A DNA stretch of 12,054 nt from the NCBI GenBank assembly GCA_046759165.1, contig JBHIBS010000044.1, positions 1 to 12,054 on the forward strand, in the 5' to 3' direction. The notes under the pieces are model-generated. The model was not told where the DNA came from. It searched no databases and saw only the letters and a list, made by a program, of their open reading frames with translations. Each line of letters starts with the position of its first letter. Positions within the stretch are counted from its first letter, which is position 1. The translations under genes and the position numbers were made by a program. The DNA is from a bacterium. GTDB taxonomy: Bacteria > UBA6262 > WVXT01. Below are positions 8,392 to 12,054 of the stretch, piece by piece.

Positions 8392-8542
8392 GACCATAAT
8401 TAAAATTGAAATATTTAAATTCCCCTGATTTCATCGGGAACTCAGGCTTTTTCGCGGAGAGACACTTTAGAATCTTGAAATTCGGATACTTTAAGATATC
8501 AGTCTCCTTCTAATTGTAATAAACCACGTTACTTCTATCAAA

Positions 8543-8635
8543 CTACCTTTTTTTCTTATGACGCATCTTTCTCAAAAATTTTTTCCGCTTGTGAGTACGA
8601 ATTTTCTGCAATTTGCGCTTTCTCCCTTTAGGCAT
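8543..8635 (-). CDS. 30S ribosomal protein bS22 (AURKAIP1/COX24 domain; mS38 homolog), 30 aa
   Basis: Hand translation MPKGRKRKLQKIRTHKRKKFLRKMRHKKKR* matches the family pattern MPxGxKRKxxKxxxHKRKKxLRxxRHK; purine-rich AGGGGGCAGGAAA before the ATG; too short for the ORF track. Confidence 0.9.
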   Translation of the reverse strand: MPKGRKRKLQKIRTHKRKKFLRKMRHKKKR

Positions 8636-8721
8636 TTTCCTGCCCCCTGTGAATCAGCCTGTGTTACCCAATATATTGGGACATTCGCCTCGTTCTCTGT
8701 CGCCCGTTCCACAAAGGTTTC

Positions 8722-9900
8722 TTATCTATGTGAATCTGCACGTGCTTGTGCTATTCTTCTGAACTTCCTCTTTCCAACCTGTACTATATATTCCTTATCC
8801 ATTAACAAATCCATATCAGAGTTTTCTATTCTTTTCTGATTTATCTTTACGGCCCCCCGCGCGATCAGCCTCTTTGCCTCGTTTTTGCTTGTAGCCAGGC
8901 CGGCCTTTACCAATAAATCCACAACCCATATCTTCTTCTCCGAAATTCTAATTTCCTTTAACTTCTCTGGCAATTCCCTCTTAACAAAAACTTTCTCAAA
9001 TTCTTCCTCAGCTTGTTTTGCTTCAGTTTCGCTATAATATTTTTGAACGATCTCTTTTGCCAGTTTAGCTTTTGCCTGGCGGGGATGCATTTTCTCCACT
9101 TGGTCCAAATTTTCCTCAGTTAGCAATTCGTAGTACCTGACCATCAATTGGTCGGAAATACTCATAATCTTTCCGAACATCTCGCCAGGAGGCTCAGTTA
9201 TGCCAACATAATTTCCATAACTTTTGCTCATTTTCCTGATGCCATCCGTGCCTTCTAAGAGAGGCATAGTTATCATAACCTGGGGTTCCTGGTTAAAATC
9301 CCTTTGTAACTGGCGCCCCATTAAGAGATTAAATTTTTGATCCGTTCCTCCAATTTCCAGGTCAGCTTTCACTTGAATTGAATCGTATGCTTGAAGGAGA
9401 GGATAAATAAATTCCAAGAGGCTTATATCTATTTCTCGATTAAATCTCTCCTTAAAATCTGCTCTGGCTAACATTTGGGCAACTGTAGAATGGGAACAAA
9501 GCTTCAGAACATCCGACAAAGTCATCTTATCAAACCATCTGCTATTAAAAAGCAATTCTGTCTTCTCTTTATCTAAAATTTTAAACACCTCTTTTTGGTA
9601 GGTTTTTGCGTTCTTCTTTATTTCCTCGGTAGTAAGTGGCTTTCTCTCCTCAGACCTCTCTGAGGGATCCCCGATGCGGGCAGTAAAATCGCCTATTATG
9701 AAAACAATCTGGTGACCCAAATCCTGAAGCTGCTTCAATTTTTGCAGAACCACCGTATGACCTAAATGAATATCGGGAGCTGTTGGATCAGCGCCGAATT
9801 TCACTCTCAAAGGTTTTCGCCTGTTCAATTTCTCCTTCAGTTCTTCTGGAGAAATAATTTCTACTATTCCCCTTCTTATTATCTCTAAGTCTTTTACCAT
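8722..9900 (-). CDS. tyrS: Tyrosine--tRNA ligase
   Basis: KFGADPTAPDIHLGH (HIGH), IGDPS, YPLLQAYDS, GGTDQKFN, KMSKS and a C-terminal S4-like domain (SKNEAKRLI...QVGKRKF). Confidence 0.98.
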   Translation of the reverse strand: MVKDLEIIRRGIVEIISPEELKEKLNRRKPLRVKFGADPTAPDIHLGHTVVLQKLKQLQDLGHQIVFIIGDFTARIGDPSERSEERKPLTTEEIKKNAKTYQKEVFKILDKEKTELLFNSRWFDKMTLSDVLKLCSHSTVAQMLARADFKERFNREIDISLLEFIYPLLQAYDSIQVKADLEIGGTDQKFNLLMGRQLQRDFNQEPQVMITMPLLEGTDGIRKMSKSYGNYVGITEPPGEMFGKIMSISDQLMVRYYELLTEENLDQVEKMHPRQAKAKLAKEIVQKYYSETEAKQAEEEFEKVFVKRELPEKLKEIRISEKKIWVVDLLVKAGLATSKNEAKRLIARGAVKINQKRIENSDMDLLMDKEYIVQVGKRKFRRIAQARADSHR

Positions 9901-9928
9901 CTCAATTTCCTATAAACTTTTTTAGTAT

Positions 9929-9957
9929 CTTATAACATAATTTCCTAAAATTATCAA
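9929..9957 (-). promoter_or_regulatory. Putative sigma70-type promoter for tyrS
   Basis: TTGATA-17 nt-TATAAG with an extended -10 TG, directly after the upstream terminator and about 30 nt before the ATG. Confidence 0.6.
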
Positions 9958-9971
9958 TAAAAAAATGTTAT

Positions 9972-10007
9972 AAAAATAAAAAACCCTGGCTTTTTTTCAA
10001 GCCAGGG
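9972..10007 (-). terminator. Intrinsic terminator after the cold-shock gene
   Basis: 9-bp stem CCCTGGCTT/AAGCCAGGG (9984-10007) followed by TTTTTTATTTTT on the minus strand. Confidence 0.88.
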
Positions 10008-10033
10008 CTTTTGGGCTATTTGGCAAATGTATT

Positions 10034-10234
10034 TCACATTTTCACTACATTCACTGCTTTGGGGCCTTTGTCTGAATCGACGATGTCAAATTCAACTTGC
10101 TCACCTTCGTGGAGGGTTTTAAACCCTTCTGACTGAATGGATGAAAAATGCACGAACACATCGCCTGAACCATCTTCCTTCTCAATGAAGCCAAAACCCT
10201 TAGCTTCATTGAACCACTTTACTTTCCCTTTCAT
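10034..10234 (-). CDS. Cold-shock protein (CspA family)
   Basis: [17 protein letters not shown] (RNP1), DVFVHFS (RNP2), GFKTL and GPKAVNV; 66 aa. Confidence 0.97.
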   Translation of the reverse strand: MKGKVKWFNEAKGFGFIEKEDGSGDVFVHFSSIQSEGFKTLHEGEQVEFDIVDSDKGPKAVNVVKM

Positions 10235-10557
10235 TTTTGCCTTCCTTTCTTTCTAAACTCACTCTTCAACTCCAGAGTTTCTCTCCTTAATAACACCTCC
10301 TTTTTTCTCTTTCCAAGAGAGTAGTCCCCCGGACTTCCATCCTTCCGAATTACCCGATGACAGGGAATTATAATAGGAAGGGGATTTTTGGCTAAAGCTC
10401 TACCCACAGCCCTTGCCGCGCAAGAATTTCCGATTCGACGAGCAACCCACTGATATGTGCGAGTTTGTCCGGCGGGAATTGTAGATGTGACCTTCCAGAC
10501 TCTTCTTTCAAAAGATGAATAGCAACTCAATAACTTATCAATATCCTTTTGCTTCAA
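10231..10557 (-). CDS. Methylated-DNA--protein-cysteine methyltransferase (MGMT/Ogt family), C-terminal domain only
   Basis: [22 protein letters not shown] and [12 protein letters not shown] (acceptor Cys present); TTG start after GGAGAAGG. Confidence 0.92.
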   Translation of the reverse strand: MKQKDIDKLLSCYSSFERRVWKVTSTIPAGQTRTYQWVARRIGNSCAARAVGRALAKNPLPIIIPCHRVIRKDGSPGDYSLGKRKKEVLLRRETLELKSEFRKKGRQK

Positions 10558-10598
10558 CCTTCTCCAATTACTATTTTGTATAGTATTTCTTCTTTAAT

Positions 10599-10625
10599 AT
10601 TATACCACTTCTTCAAAAAAGTCAA
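10599..10625 (-). promoter_or_regulatory. Putative sigma70-type promoter for the MGMT-csp unit
   Basis: TTGACT-15 nt-TATAAT with a perfect extended -10 (TGGTATAAT); the spacer is short. Confidence 0.65.
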
Positions 10626-10731
10626 GCACTATCTTGCCAAATTAGTACCAGGAACTTGGGGACTTTACTTCCGCTAATGCAGAAGCTTAGACCATAATCT
10701 GATTCTTCTACGAGCTAAAGGAATTTGAAAG

Positions 10732-11532
10732 TCAAGTACTTAAAACTTTAATGAAGGTCTCTACAATCAATGGGTCAAACTGGTTGCCAGCACCCCTTTC
10801 CAACTCCTCTATCGCTTCCTTTGAAGGCAAAGCTTGACGGTAAGGATAACCGGATGTAATGGAATCGTATGTTTCGGCTACTGAAATTATCCGCGCTCCT
10901 AAAGGAATCTCTTTCTCCGATAAACCATCGGGGTAGCCCTGCCCATCGTATCTCTCGTGGTGGTGCCGAATTAAAGGTCTGGTTGCCTGTAGAAATGCTA
11001 CCTGCTGAACAATCCCTTCTCCAACGACTGCATGCTTTCTTACTATAAAGGATTCCCTCTCATTCAACCTTCCCGGTTTTCCCAGAATGGCACTTCCCAC
11101 GCCAATCTTGCCAATGTCGTGGAGGAGAGCAGATAGTTCAATATTTCTCATCTCTTTCCACGAAAGACCAAGCTTTTTAGCAATGGATAAGGAGTACTTA
11201 GCAACTCTGGCTGAATGTCCCTGGGCATAAGTATCCATAATTTCTATAGCCTCAAGTAGAGATCTTATGGCCATAACGTAATCTTTGCGAAGCTCATCAG
11301 AAAATTTCAAGGTTTCCTTAAAGTGCGGTGCTCTTTTAACCTCTTTTATTCTATGACCCATTACTTCAAACAGATCCAATCTCGAGATTCGATGCTGGCC
11401 TCCGGGAGTTTTGAAGGATCTTAACTCTCCCCTGTAAATGTAATTCTTGATTGTACCCACGGTAACTTTGAGCAGCTTCGCTGCTTCTTTTGCTGTCAGA
11501 AATTCGTCCCTATTGTCGAAAGTATCTCTCAT
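10732..11532 (-). CDS. Excisionase-family HTH (HTH_17/BldC-like) fused to an HD-GYP domain
   Basis: N-terminal FLTAKEAAKLLKVTVGTIKNYIYRGELRSFKTPGGQHRI; C-terminal GHSARVA, LLHDIGK, HHERYDGQGYP and QFDP. Start moved from 11580 to ATG 11532 (GGAGG upstream); 266 aa. Confidence 0.92.
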   Translation of the reverse strand: MRDTFDNRDEFLTAKEAAKLLKVTVGTIKNYIYRGELRSFKTPGGQHRISRLDLFEVMGHRIKEVKRAPHFKETLKFSDELRKDYVMAIRSLLEAIEIMDTYAQGHSARVAKYSLSIAKKLGLSWKEMRNIELSALLHDIGKIGVGSAILGKPGRLNERESFIVRKHAVVGEGIVQQVAFLQATRPLIRHHHERYDGQGYPDGLSEKEIPLGARIISVAETYDSITSGYPYRQALPSKEAIEELERGAGNQFDPLIVETFIKVLST

Positions 11533-11566
11533 CTGTACCCTCCGTGTTGAAGACATTCCAGTCATC

Positions 11567-12004
11567 CCAGAAGAAGGCATTTAAAGTTACAGTTACGCCG
11601 TCGAGATTCTTGATTTCTCCCCATCTGTTACCGGTTGGCATTATGGACTCTTTTGTCTCCACAGCGAAAGGATATTTTGGTAATTAATGAGAACCAGAAA
11701 GGTGTCGCTAAATAGCTCACCTCCGCGCCGTTAGAACAACGGATTTTAACGTGAAAGCTTCTCAATCCAAGCATGGTCTTGCTTCTCAGGTGTTCAAATT
11801 CCCCCTGAAGAGCGAAATTTCCTTCCTCAAATCTGACAAAAGCCCCAAAATTCTGTCAGGGCGAACAGTAACGATCGCTTGCTTGTGAGCTAAGGGGATA
11901 GGTGATACCAATCTTGGGACCGATGGTCAGACTTTCTGATAAGCGACCTTTATGAAAACAATTGAGCTAAGAAATAAGAAAATAGTTAATTTTCTCGCAG
12001 CAAT
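11567..12004 (-). pseudogene. Probable decayed outer-membrane beta-barrel (porin-like) gene
   Basis: SD GAGGAG then a signal-peptide-like stretch (AARKLTIFLFLSSIVFIKVA); after a frameshift, SLTIGPKIGITYP...SP*QNFGAFVRFEEGNFALQGEFEHL; after more shifts, a terminal-strand-like NLDGVTVTLNAFF. Pattern recognition only. Confidence 0.45.
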
Positions 12005-12054
12005 TGGTCAGCTCCTCTCGATTTTCTTTTTTCTCCCCCCTTTCTTTAAAACTT

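Noticed and set aside
8456..8512. SD-like AGAAGGAG within a loose hairpin (GAGAC/GTCTC) on the minus strand
   Set aside because: No start codon or credible ORF follows, and the pairing is interrupted.
8648..8750. Short repeats around the tyrS stop (TGTGAATC twice; GAACG(A)GGCGA-like twice) as a CRISPR or att site
   Set aside because: Only 8-10 bp, two copies each, irregular spacing, and no cas or integrase gene nearby.
129..8839. Plus-strand ORFs in the track (129-497, 674-925, 1860-2096, 2339-2611, 2578-2775, 2911-3114, 3157-3540, 3515-3904, 3880-4158, 4742-5074, 4824-5027, 7373-7723, 7908-8192, 8558-8839)
   Set aside because: Antisense shadows of conserved minus-strand genes or of repeats, with no recognisable motifs.
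9901..10033. T-box leader for tyrS
   Set aside because: The spacer is occupied by the csp terminator and a promoter; there is no T-box consensus and no room for stem I.
11380..11532. Excisionase-like domain as evidence of a prophage or ICE
   Set aside because: It is fused to HD-GYP, and the window has no integrase, att site or phage genes.
11585..11596. Tandem AGTTAC AGTTAC as a binding site for the HTH protein
   Set aside because: Only two 6-mers, explicable as Val-Thr-Val-Thr codons of the pseudogene.
11490..11687. Plus-strand 65-aa ORF, and a minus-strand 43-aa ORF at 11510-11641, as independent genes
   Set aside because: The first is antisense with no motifs; the second is better explained as the last fragment of the putative OMP pseudogene.

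Overview
A bacterial core-genome segment of moderate GC content (genetic code 11; TGA terminates four genes). All credible genes lie on the minus strand. In transcription order (right to left): a probable decayed outer-membrane beta-barrel gene, an excisionase-type HTH + HD-GYP fusion, a single-domain MGMT overlapping a cold-shock gene, a terminator, tyrS, a 30-aa ribosomal protein bS22 ORF missing from the ORF track, a repeat-rich spacer, then rpmE, DUF1385, a solitary short-chain chromate transporter, prfA, prmC, murA, hisD, hisB and hisA. The plus-strand ORFs are antisense shadows. Most notable: (1) a GC-rich structured element and terminator starting at the rpmE UAG, with a readthrough frame ending on a second UAG, upstream of prfA/prmC (candidate RF1-sensing attenuator; speculative); (2) the HTH-HD-GYP protein with altered catalytic motifs; (3) related palindromic REP/MITE-like elements in the spacers where hisG and hisH usually sit; (4) the hidden bS22 gene. 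All calls come from motif recognition by eye; no searches were run.
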